From positions 1,136,160-1,200,159 of the forward strand of contig NMRA01000037.1 of the NCBI GenBank assembly GCA_002633005.1: 64,000 nt of DNA. The letters are read 5' to 3'. This document shows positions 32,601-43,272 of this stretch, in pieces. The notes below the pieces were generated by a model that ran no database searches, was not told the origin of the DNA, and saw only the letters and a program-made list of their open reading frames with translations. The first letter of the stretch is position 1, and every line of letters starts with the position of its first letter. Source of the DNA: Phoronis australis. Taxonomy: Eukaryota > Animalia > Phoronida. The translations under genes and the position numbers were made by a program.

Positions 32601-35600
32601 CGGCTCATTCGCCTACAGTTCAGGACCATATGATTGTGGTGATGTTTTAATCCCAAAGCGATTTGGTTTAAAACGTAGCATCCACAACAAAACAGCGGCG
32701 ACATTCCAAGAACACTGAATCCAAACTCAGACTAAACCGCTTTTGATGAAAACTACGGAACGTTCAGTTACACGTCATGTACCGTACGTGTTTTGAAAAT
32801 CATGTACGTGTGTCTTGGCTACACCGTGTTAAGACGTGGCCGATTCACTTTGTCGGGGTCAGTTTTGACTAACTAAAATTAGCATGAACATTTCCAGGAG
32901 AGAAAAGACGCATTTGAATAGTGACTGCAACAGTGAATGACGGGACTTTAAATCTCGATGAAACACTGCTCTGGGAGTTTTTTCCCACTAGAGGCGAAAC
33001 TTCGCTAAAAGCGGTAAGTGGGAAACTTTTTATCTGCAAGCGAAACTTTAGTCACTGAAAATAGTAGGATGAAGAAGGACTCTTATCATTTCACAAACAC
33101 TAGTAAATGGCGAAAGAAAAAATTTCAGTTAGCCTGGAACTCTTCACTCAATATTCGTTTGAGTACGAATGAGCTGTCTGTTGTTTACTCTGATGTCTGA
33201 ATCGCCATCTAGCGATAGTTTCGATATCGCTGTCTAGTGGGAAGGTACGCGAAGTTTCGTCGTCGAAGTTTCGGTAAACCGAAGTTCCCCTACTCGAGAA
33301 GCAAGTAATTGCAAAGGAATGCTTATGACAGCGCAGGCACATCAAATGTTTAGATGGCAACTAATCTAAAATTGTGTCGGGTACCGCTGCAACCAACTTT
33401 CCTATCCTGACGCCTGACGTCATACCACTTAGCATTTAGCAATATTTTAGGGAGATTGGGAAATCAATAAAAAACATTCACGAACCTCTCGTCGGGTCGT
33501 TCTTTATAAAATTGAAGCATTGTTAGTAAGGAATTGTCACAATTTTGCTCACCAACTTTTTGCTGTCAACCAAGCAGTCAGAACCCACGTGTATGATTAC
33601 GTTATCGAGTCTGAAATTCGAATAAAACAATATTGGAGTGCAATACGGAAAACAATACCACATAGCTGTATTGCACTCAACTTATTCAACACTTATGGGG
33701 TAAAAAGCAATTGTTGTGAGGGCAACCATTGTGTTAAATAAAAGTTTGACATAATTAACCGGTGTACTTTGTAAGTCCATTTAAACTCGTTTATTCAACG
33801 TTGTTGGTAATGCTCATTCTGAAGAACAGTACTGACCTTCCACCTTTGGCACACGTGACCCATTTTTCCGCCAATAGTTTCCTTTCTTCCGTTGATAAAG
33901 ACACGGATTCTCCAGTAGTACCGTTCACTACAAAAACATCGAGATCTTGCATGCATTACTGCAGGTAACTGATTGAATTTATTTAATTTCTTTAAAAACG
34001 CTAACCTCCTACTACTTTTTTAAATACAGAGTAATAAATCATGGTGGTTTGATAAAAATTCTCCTTAGTTTACTCTCGTAGCACCCCGGGCCTTAAGATG
34101 AAGTTCTGTAGGCCATAACCAACTGGCTAAAAAGCCGAAAAATAAAACTTAAAATTCAAATAGCAGATTATCTGTTTTAAAATAAACGTGTTTCGACCTC
34201 TAAAAGTCAAAACCAAACACTGATTACGGTGAAACGTTTCGAGCCGTTGTTTAGTGACAGAACTCTCTTACATTAGCGGCCTTTTACCTTTTCATTGGTT
34301 ACGGTTTCGCAAAAAACGTCTACAGAATTATAACGTGGTCTAATAAGTCCAATCATGACGGTGTGGAAAGGTACAGCTAACGATGATGTTATGTTATCCC
34401 AACTTACCAAACACGTTCCTGACGCCATTCTTACTGAGGTATTCCGCATATTTGTCTATTACAGGCAAATTTAATTTCCTAGAAAATTGAAATAATATGT
34501 ACATGTGTGTTAAGCTGCACTTCATGTCCAGAAACTTGTAAAATCAAGTTTTCACATGAGACTATGAACCACCAACAATAACAAATATACGGAAATGAAA
34601 GTTTCAACTGTTAACAGCGACGCACCAATTATTTAGATTTTTCAATCTAAAGCGACAACCAGAGATTCTTCGCAGAGATTCTCTGGTATTGCAAAAACAA
34701 AACGATGGATTCGAAATGCATTCTGCAACCTTGATTAGTCATGAATGTGACAATAACTATAAGCCTTGATTGGCATTATCGTACTAACCGTTTGCAAATT
34801 CTCGCTAATTCAACATTCCCATCTCGGGTAATTTTAAATGCAAATGTTAAAGCTGTTTTGACATCGGGTTAATTTCCCATCAGTTGATAAGACACACCAA
34901 CAACTCACCCATCAGCGGTAAATGGAGTAAACACAGCACTGACGAGACCTCGCAACTTGTAGTTCTTGGGCTAGAAAGGAACACAAATCAAGTCACCCAT
35001 CACGACCTGATCTTAGTGGCGACTTACACAGCGTTCACATACCGTCCGATTAAGAGGCATATGTGACGTCTGCTTCGCCGTCTGAAAAAATATCGCATCA
35101 GTGAACGCTCGTCAGACCTCCGATCTGCCGTGTCATCGTATTTCTCAAACGGAAGATTAGTACCCTTTTTACCGTGAGAAGTGTAGGCCTACATTCTAAT
35201 GACGTGATTCGCTGTTAGGCCCTGCTCCATTTGGAGCATAACCACGAATGCTTATGAGAGAGAAATCTGAAGTGTGGGTTACTCTGTTATTATTACACGT
35301 GATTCACCACGAACATAATTCCCAAAGGCTAGGTGTTTTGTGACAGAACTGCTGCTACGCAGCAGCGGCACTAGTTGTGGGTAGATTTCTCTCGTTTAAA
35401 GACCGTTTTGACTATGTGCTGGTAACGAATCTGACGATGGGGCAGTGTGGCCTAGTGTGATAGGTGCCCGCTTTCTTTACTCGAGGTCGTGGGTTCGTGT
35501 CACACTGTAAAACCCTTGAGTCAGGTTTCTAGCATCTCAGCTGGGTTTTAACTATATATTAAGAAAACATACAAATGGTTCCAGGTGATCAGTGCAATGG

Positions 35601-36664
35601 GCCCACATACGCAGCCTGGCCACGTATGGTATAACGTGTATTAGACCACCTGCAATAATTTTTGAAACGAATCTGACAATATTATCCAACGCTAGGTTGT
35701 TTTTGTGTTGTTTACCAGCAACGATAGCAGAACGACAGACTTTGCACTGTGGTTTGCAATTCGTGCTTGGGGGCAGTTTACACTGCGGATATATTCGTAG
35801 CCTCAACTCAAATGCAAGGTATCGAAAATGATGTTCCGAGGACTGGGATCAGATTGGCAAGAATTTGGGCAAGTCTCAAATGAGTGTTACTTTCTCATTA
35901 TTATATATTTCTAATGTGGGCCGAAGACTTATATACGCAAAATAGTTCATTCAAAAACTCATAAGACGGCAGATAAGATGCCTTTATGAGCGGCCAAGCG
36001 TTTTACTTTCTTTCTTTTCAGAAGCCCTTTTCGTTAGAGTAATTACTAAATCAAGAGTGCTTGTCTGAAAACATCAGGCAAAAGTGAGAACGCTGCAAAT
36101 TACATTCTTTTGACATTTATAGCATGTTTGTATGTTTGGATGGAATAACGAAGACGAAAAACCAAAATAGTTCTCGCGGTTCAGTCTAGCCAAATATCAA
36201 ACTGTTATGTGGAATTTTTAATTAATCAATCCACTGAAAATGAAGTGGGATTTTCATGGCCATCACGTTAAAATGTCTTGCTGACGATTGCACAATGTGA
36301 GAGAAGCGTACTTTTTTCTCACCGATATAGAGTAAAAATATGATAGATTGAGTCAAAACGTAAACATTCTGATCCGAATCTCGGCTCCACAATAGATCTG
36401 CGATTCCGGGTAATTTCGGGTACCCGCTGCACCCCCAGTAAATACGCAAAGCCGCGTATCGGCAGACATACTGTTTTTGTTTACACAGCTAGCGAGGACC
36501 AGAACTACACATATTTTAACGCAACTCAGATCGAACGAAGCAAGGCACAACTCTCGTGACGAACGAACTATTGCTATTAATGAACTGTCATATTTTAATG
36601 GCACAATTTGTTTCACCTTTCTTGCCTGTGTCTTGCATTCTGCTGGGGTAGTAACTTCAGACAT
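23497..36664 (-). CDS. NPL: N-acetylneuraminate lyase (sialic acid aldolase, DHDPS/NAL TIM-barrel family) gene span, about 323 aa
   Basis: Nine exons join in frame at GT-AG sites (plus a tentative first exon) and give GLVSAVFTPF, NGTTGE, IIHVG, PFYYYHIP (catalytic Tyr), GLKFTSTD (Schiff-base Lys), GSTYN and GPCRPPL. Confidence 0.93.
24107..24284 (-). CDS. NPL: NPL penultimate exon, copy B (VLLGAYALGICNAVGSTYNMIPQ...YNYPG)
   Basis: 178 nt, CAG/GTAAGT borders, GSTYN motif. Confidence 0.92.
25646..25788 (-). CDS. NPL: NPL exon (LDMLDFCEQ...GLKFTSTDLVTVTQCMLAGHSIMFGCDQ)
   Basis: tttccctag acceptor, 143 nt, GTAATT donor, catalytic Lys motif. Confidence 0.93.
26338..26667 (+). mobile_element. Decayed non-LTR retrotransposon APE-endonuclease fragment
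   Basis: KLLIW...DIMALQETWW...INEYRALRR...EGGISAAL follows the order of the LINE EN motifs (xxWN, DIxxLQETW, GYxxxRxDR, GGGVAI). Confidence 0.5.
27370..29214 (-). mobile_element. Second, inverted copy of the same Kolobok family inside an NPL intron; left terminus not found
   Basis: Reverse-complement similarity to 40039-41480; terminus GGTGGCATTCTCCT followed by TTAA at 29201-29218; THAP remnant on - (about 28870-29047) with a premature stop. Confidence 0.85.
28318..28750 (+). pseudogene. Frameshifted KolX / P2X7-C-terminal-like cysteine-rich protein remnant
   Basis: Two overlapping ORFs give GYQLKPDYTDQE...METIDACVCCHEI...CLTDHPDF...NIGVL, matching the MxT-x-CxCCxE...CxTxHxxF pattern. Confidence 0.72.
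29296..29519. mobile_element. Full copy of the CATGCGCGCACCCA MITE
   Basis: Both TIRs present, flanks GCAAT/GTAAT. Confidence 0.75.
30604..30751. mobile_element. Small MITE about 28 bp from an NPL donor site
   Basis: TIR CTCTGTGCAGGCCC / GGGGCTGCACAGAG with internal TGACACA/TGTGTCA repeats. Confidence 0.65.
30780..30872 (-). CDS. NPL: NPL exon (GDLVGLMKDLASEAPDTPFYYYHIPNLTGVD)
   Basis: tttcag acceptor, 93 nt, GTAAGT donor, YYHIP motif. Confidence 0.95.
32237..32312 (-). CDS. NPL: NPL exon (ARHAQDIGADAISSMPPVFMKPTSV)
   Basis: 76 nt, AG/GTAAGA borders. Confidence 0.92.
33553..33610 (-). CDS. NPL: NPL exon (RLDNVIIHVGSDCLVDSKKL)
   Basis: tttcag acceptor, 58 nt, GTGAGC donor. Confidence 0.92.
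33837..33927 (-). CDS. NPL: NPL exon (VNGTTGESVSLSTEERKLLAEKWVTCAKGG)
   Basis: tttgtag acceptor, 91 nt, GTCAGT donor, GxxGE pyruvate-binding motif. Confidence 0.94.
34408..34478 (-). CDS. NPL: NPL exon (KLNLPVIDKYAEYLSKNGVRNVF)
   Basis: ttttctag acceptor, 71 nt, GTAAGT donor. Confidence 0.92.
34909..34970 (-). CDS. NPL: NPL exon (PKNYKLRGLVSAVFTPFTADG)
   Basis: tttctag acceptor, 62 nt, GTGAGT donor. Confidence 0.92.
35439..35550 (+). mobile_element. tRNA-derived SINE head
   Basis: GTGTGGCCTAGTG...GGTCGTGGGTTCGTGTC...CCCTTGAGTCAGG. Confidence 0.7.
36617..36664 (-). CDS. NPL: Candidate NPL first coding exon (MSEVTTPAECKTQARK)
   Basis: GCAGCCATG start context and phase-0 donor options (AAG/GTGAAA or CAG/GCAAGA) that match the phase-0 next exon; no homology support. 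Confidence 0.4.
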
Positions 36665-39600
36665 GGCTGCTCGTTGCACTATGAGAATCACGTGACTAAG
36701 ATAACAAAGTACTCTCGAATCAAANAACAGTTCTCACAGGGGTTTGCCTATCAGAAGACACCATTTCTTCAGTCTGTCAAAAACTGCATGCAAACACTGA
36801 AAACCAAGCTAGACTAAGAAAAATAGGGGCAAAAAAACCCTCCGCAAAATCTGCACTTTTCACCCCACAATCACCAGTTGCCTGCCGAGGCTCGATCTAA
36901 AGCCAACATTAAATTCCGAAAGCAAATTTCCTACCAATTCCAAAACTGTGGCCCAAAAGTATTGTCATCCAACTAAGTTTTTGCAAATCTGGCTTGTTTG
37001 AGGGCTACCTGAAATCGCGGCCAATTTCTCAGTCGCTACCAAGCAATGGACAATTGCAACAGGTGGCCGCCATCTTGAAAAAGAGGGCAGCTACAGCCGA
37101 GCAAAAGCTGTATTTTTCATTCTCAACATGTTCAAAAATACAAGCAAACCTCATTCACTTGGCCTATGTGTAATATCTCACTAAAAATGCCCCCCAAGCC
37201 TGGCCTACACCTACTAGATCTTAATATTTTGGCAGTGCAAATTGGCCGCTGCCACAGCCCAACTATTCAGTGCCACCTAAGCTCTCACTGGGTTTTACCT
37301 GCCAATGTGCATATCACTGGACTTGCTGCCCTTCATTCACTGTGTCGAAAACTGTGAAGTGAAAATGAAAAGTTGTGAGTCGTTTCACTGGGCATCAAAA
37401 CTGCTACACACGACCACAGCCAACATTATTCTGTCTCACGTTTTTAGCCCTTTCACTTCAACCGAGAATGGAAGCGAGGCTCCGGCCGAGAAAAGGTGGC
37501 AAAACGCAAATTTGGCAGTTTTCAGTCCGAAGCTGCCATTTGGCTGCCAATGCTACGCATAAGCCAACACTAGATTCTGAACGCAAATTTTCTACATAGT
37601 GTATAAATGTGGTTCAAAAGTGCTGCCATCGGACTAGATTTGTTTGCAATTCTGGGTTTTTCGAGGGCTTCATGAAATCACAGGACATTTCTCACCGGCA
37701 ACGCATAAAAAAAGCGATAAGGGGCCACCATTTTGAAGAAAACAGAGTATCTACAGCCGAACTAGTAGACTTTTCTAATTCCCAGTATGTTCTCTAATTC
37801 AAGCAATCCAGATTCACTGAATCTACTTGTCAGTAATACCTACCTCAAAAATAATACCGCCCAAATATGACATACATGTACTACAAACATTCAATTTCTC
37901 TTTTGGAAATTGACCGCGGCTACAGTCTAACTGTACAGTGCCACGAAAACTGATCGTTAAATACCACGTCCGTGTAGTTTTACGGTTCACCCATCAGGAG
38001 AACACCTGCTAACGAACCTTGCAGTAAGATAGTTATTGGAGACTCCTAGTGCACGGAGAAACCTAACGAATTGTAACGCCGAGGTTAAGTGAAGAAAATC
38101 ACTAAGTAATGTAGATTTGAAAATAAGGCTGTTCAATTATCTTGTTATTTCTTACTCAATCTGTACGAATAGTTTGAACTTGCTCAAACCGTTAAACGTA
38201 TAGACGTTTCGTGGGATAACGTGCAGACATCGTCAATACGGTTGCCGCATTGGACTTTTAATCTGTAGCAGCGAAGTTCATATTATCAAACTTTATAGCT
38301 TCTAAAGATGAGTTTCACAACCGATATCGCTCGGCTTGTTATTGCGGTGAAGATATATATATATATATATATCTACAGTACTTTGACCGCTGTTTTCCCT
38401 CATGTTGATGTTGATAAAACTTTCAAGATATTGTGGCCTGGTCAACAATACATGTCGGTGCATTCCTGAGTTCAAACTGTACGCAGTAAATCGAAAAGCA
38501 AACCGGGGACTTAACAAAAATCGTCCTTGAAAATAATCGTATCAAAACTCTTTACATACTCACTGTTGTACAAGCCTTCGGATTCCTCTCAGGCCTATGA
38601 TAACCTGTCCGTTATTTCATGCCTTCACCTCTTTTATTATTATACTGAAAATGATTCGATCAGATTATTCTCATTTTTCTTTTTATTCTCCCCGAAGTGT
38701 TGAGGGCAACGTATTTTCTGTTCCTAACTAATAGGTGCTTATGTTTATAGACTTCATTTCCACACACCCATGCGGGAAGAAATACGCAATAACTATTCTG
38801 CGAAATTCGTGAATGGCTACCACAAGCTGTATTTCCTGAGTGACGTATAACATGAAAGCGTGCTCGCGTCGTACTTTGGCAAACAATTAACAAGTAGTTG
38901 TGTCCGACATTTTTGCAATATGACAAGCTCTGTTCTCATGCGTTGTGTTATCAGCGCAGACACTTTTTCTCACAGCTCTAAATTTTTCGCAACATGGGCA
39001 CGTGGATTTTATTTTCCAGTTAACGGAACGTGTCTCTTTAAAAATTAATGAATTTCAAAAGCTTTCCTGGAACATAAGCTTGTTATTCTAAAGGTGTTGG
39101 ATTATCCAGATAGTCCTTGCATTGCTCTAGCGATACAAGAAAACACGGTTAAACACTCAAACGTTGGCACGTCAAATGATACGTAAAGTAGCTCTTTCGC
39201 GCCACATTGCGTCACCTTCAGAAAGTAGCAAACAAAGAACGTCCGACAGCAGTTTTAAATTACATTCAATAGTTTTTTTTGAGCCACGTTTGGATTTTCC
39301 TGACCCAGTTTCATTACAATTAACGCCTACTTGGTTGGCTGGCATTTTAACTTTTGTTCTTGTGAAGGTTACGGATGACATTTGCATAATTTTTGAGTCT
39401 GTTCTGAGTGAATGATTGCCAGTTGTTCACCCCTTGACCCAACTTTTGCTCAGTCGTAACTTTTCTTACGCCATTGTTGCTTGCAAGCGGGAAGTTGAAA
39501 GATAGCAGGAAATTCAGGTATCCTTCATACACTTTAAATTTTTTAAACATTTGCTTGGTCGTCATCCACCTTTCCCTGGTTTCTTTAATCCCGAGAGGTT

Positions 39601-40198
39601 TGGCAATGTGAATGACGTGTCTATCAGCTCGTAGTAATCACATGCCAAGGTGACTTTGATTCCGTGTATTTTTTGTTTTTAAGCAGCTGGGTGCCCTTGT
39701 GGTAGTCATAACACAGAGGGAAAATGGAATTTGGAACCAGTTTCATTGGACTTAATGCAAGGTTTTTGAAGTCTGTAGCCCAGTATACCGTTCACATTTC
39801 CAGATTTTATACATCCTGTGGAATAGACTGTTGGAATTGCCAAGACCTGGCCTATATCTTCCACGGGCACTACAGTGTATTAAATGGAACATCAACTACA
39901 GCGAGCGCTGTTCGCAATTATTTTCGCGGCGATGTAGATGAAAGTCAGGTAATACGCCTAACCGTTCATTACATTTGACAATTTATAACTTCAGTGTGGT
40001 CAGAGCACTGGCGGTATAAAGCGCCGAAGTGGTTTTAAAGGAGAATGCCACCTGATTTAATTAGTCTTTTTTACCGTCTTAATCGGTCTATATCCACATC
40101 GCCTCTCATACGGTCGACCTCACCTTGCCGAGAGGTGTCGCGTTAACATGTGAGGAAGGTGAGAAACGACGCAGCGACGTCAGTGGTTCGTCTGCAGA

Positions 40199-40445
40199 GT
40201 GAATGCCGCTATATTGCGGTGCATCGTTCCCGCTTGTCCGAACTATGAAGTTGCGAAGAAAGCGGGTATATCGTTTTTTCGACGTCCTCGAGAGCCCGAA
40301 TTGCTTAGGAAGTGGCTCGCTGTAGTGAAGAATGACAGGTACGCTGTTAATAGCAAGTATGAGGCCGCCGTGAAACATCTCCGTGTCTGTGGCCGGCATT
40401 TCGTCGACAGTGATTTCTCTGACGAATTCCGGCTCACCAAAGATC
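40199..40445 (+). pseudogene. THAP zinc-finger N-terminus of the truncated transposase
   Basis: RCIVPACPN...SFFRRP...LRKWL...RVCGRHFVDSDF matches the C2CH THAP signature with conserved P, W and F. Confidence 0.85.
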
Positions 40446-40616
40446 TATCCACACGTTCCTTTGCCTGTGCATGTTCGCGGCGCCTCTCTAGCATTTCTTG
40501 ATCAGTGTATTCCGGTTCGAACTGATAGCCTGTGAAACCTATACGATCCGACCCGTGAAGTCTTCGTAGGATGAGCTCTTGACAAAGTCGGGATTGACGC
40601 CGGGCGAGTTGTCATG
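40446..40616 (-). pseudogene. KolX-like N-terminal remnant (GYQFEPEYTDQEMLERR)
   Basis: Homologous to 28318-28470; carries the YQFEP motif; convergent with the THAP ORF. Confidence 0.6.
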
Positions 40617-41639
40617 TAGACGTTTATTATTCTGCGTTCTGTTTCTAAATGAATTATTCTCATCCTAGCCAATGCTGATATAAAACTAAAACAAAATCTG
40701 TCTCATTAAATACTATTTGTAATGCCTATGCCGTATTCGTGAGTGCAAATGTTGAGAATAAACCACTGCGTTAGTACCAGCTTTTGATGCCGGCAATAAA
40801 GGTAATTGATCGGGCACCGAGGCCGTGTGAGCGCATGCTAATTCAGTGTTTGCTGACAGAAAGTTGTTTTGAAACAATTATTACTCGATTTTATATGCTA
40901 TGGTCACATGTTAGGAGAATCTTTATTTAGAAATACAAATACATTATTCAAATCATTGGTACTGTTCAACCTTTGCCCTGGCGGTCTGTGGAAGGGGAAT
41001 CCGTCGGACTTCGCGGCCCCCGACAAGTAAGTAGATTTTTAGTTTCGTGGCTAATTCACATAAACAATTACGTGCACATTATTTCTTTGGCTCACATTGG
41101 CCTGATTGGGTTCCGAGCCACTGGCCGGGATAACAAGCGTTTTGTGTGTTTAGACCTCAAAAAATAACAAGTATAAACAACACAGATCTAGGTTCTCCTG
41201 TCTGTATTTCACGGATCGAAGAATACTTCGAATTCATCTCTGAACAGACCCCAAACTCCTGCTGCGGACCTTAGTAAATTGGCCTGCCGAACTTTGTTGA
41301 CTACGGTGTATCCAAATACCAATAAATTCGTAAGAGCGAAATAAAAAACACGTTTTTATAAGAACTCGGTGTATTTCTAAGGGTTTTACATCGAAGTTTG
41401 ATGAGTTATTGCTGTTAAACGATGAATTCAAGCGATAAGCTAACACCAGTAACCCGTGCTGTGAACTGCTGAACAGACTGCGTGTGAAACCAATGACGTC
41501 TTTTCATAATTTCAACACCTCCGTCTGCCGTCAGGTGTCAGGTAACGCAACCGAACGTGCCGTTATCGAGTAGAACTACTCGATCTAAATTGATACAAAA
41601 CAGGTTGTTTTTTGGGTGGTATTCTCCTTTAACCAAAAC

Positions 41640-42140
41640 CTTTTTGCGCGTTGAATTGCGCTTATTCAACGTGCACTGTTTCTTAATCAATCAATTGCCT
41701 ATTCAACACGATGAATTGGTTCTTGAACGATTGTCTTTCTGCGCTTATTCAACGCGCACTGTTTCATAACCAAAGCGCATAATTGATTCGACGAGATGAA
41801 TTGGTTCTTGAAAGCTATCCTTTTACGCATAGCCAACGCGCAGAAATGCATATCCAACGCGCAGAATTGCTTAATCAACGCGTGGTATTAGTTATTCAAC
41901 GCACAGAATTGGTTATTGAACGAGCACTAGCTTATGTCCATTCAAAGACAACTCATAACCGCCGAAAGGGCGCAGAACACAGGAAAGACGGTCGAACTGA
42001 TTAAAAGTACAGGCGCTGAATAATCAATTCTGCGCCTTGAATAAGCGCAGAAAGGTAATCGTTTAAGAGATAATGCTACGTGTTAAGTAACTGATACTAC
42101 GCGTTCATTAAGCAAGTCTGCGTGTTCAACGCGCAGAAAG
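41640..42140. repeat. Degenerate short-unit repeat (CAACGCGCAGAA-like) in both orientations
   Basis: Recurrent TCAACGCGCA, GAATTGGTT(C/A)TTGAA and TAAGCGCAGAAAG motifs. Confidence 0.6.
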
Positions 42141-42825
42141 ATACTCGCTCAAGGAACCTTTGGAGCTTCATACACTGGCGCGCAGCGGCGAGAACGAGTC
42201 GACAACAATTCCGCTAAGCCAATGGGTCAAAATGATACTTTTAACAAGTTCTATGAACAAAGTTACATGTTCAAGGTAGGCTCTAAACGCAATTGCGTGA
42301 AAATAATGAGAAAGATAAACGGAGGATACTTTAAGATTTCCCCGACGTGGAGTCTCGCGTCTGATTTCACTGATTTCGCGACTTTACGCCCTCCAGTCAA
42401 ACAAGTCATACACGCCAAAAGGGGGCAGCACAAGTTCTGGCATGTCAACACACTCTCTTCACAAGCCTATTCATTGCACTTACCAAGCATTAGCGTGATC
42501 ACGTTGTTATTCCTTATTTGAAATTGATTACGAAACTCCCTGGAATTCCTTTGGTGACCACGTTGCCGTGGCGACTGAAACTGACCCGCCTTGACAACCA
42601 ACTCTATGGGCCTGCCAGTCCCGTTCAGTAATGCTAGGACTTCGCTAAAAAGCAAGATATTGCTATATATTTCAAATGAGAACACGTGATTTTGGCTAGA
42701 TTTTAGCGAAGTCATTGCGTAGGTCCCGGCGTTACTGAGCTCCACCCTTGTCTAAAGCGTTGCACGAGTTCTCAGTTCTTTTCAAACAAAGAAATTGTTT
42801 CTAACCTGACCATGGGTCAAGTCCA

Positions 42826-43050
42826 GGGCCAGGGCTTTAAACGCTACTCGACATCGAACTCGAAATCATTCTTTGCATTTTCTGTTCTACTTTTCTGCGA
42901 ACTCCAGATGAGTGTCTATTGTTCTGAGCTTGAGTGCGTTATGGTTTATGCAAATGAGTTCTCAGTCCAAGTTCGCTCTTGATGACCCCTAGATTCGAGC
43001 TACAAACTTAAACAAGAACTCGAAATTTCGAGTTCAGACACCAACTTAGC
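42826..43050. repeat. Dispersed repeat with an inverted copy at about 55990-56230
   Basis: Shared GAACTCGAAATTTCGAG, TATGGTTTATGC and GATGACCCC segments in reverse complement. Confidence 0.6.
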
Positions 43051-43055
43051 TTTAA

Positions 43056-43272
43056 TGCTGGGGTCAGCAGGTGCGAAGTTGAATAGTTTTGAATTCGAAT
43101 AGAAAACGCCAAAATTAATTTCGAATTCGATTTCGGTGCCTAGTGTGATGCAGGAGCCTGGCTTCTCGGCCGCAGGGTTTCCGTATTGGAAAAAGCACTA
43201 AAGTTCGAACGAGGACTAAACTAGACTAAGCTGTGAGAAGAAACTGATAAACTTAGATTGCTGACCCCAGCA
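43056..43272. mobile_element. MITE-like element
   Basis: Perfect 14-bp inverted ends TGCTGGGGTCAGCA / TGCTGACCCCAGCA. Confidence 0.55.

Larger units (their letters stand above)
40039..41628 (+). mobile_element. Internally deleted Kolobok-type DNA transposon (1.59 kb)
   Basis: TTAA on both sides (40035-38, 41629-32); 14-bp TIR AGGAGAATGCCACC / GGTGGTATTCTCCT; THAP remnant on + and KolX-like N-terminus on -. Confidence 0.88.

Noticed and set aside
35439-35510. Possible tRNA gene (also 11406, 18091-18212, 2171, 2502)
   Set aside because: No complete cloverleaf or acceptor stem; three copies share a non-tRNA body, typical of SINE heads.
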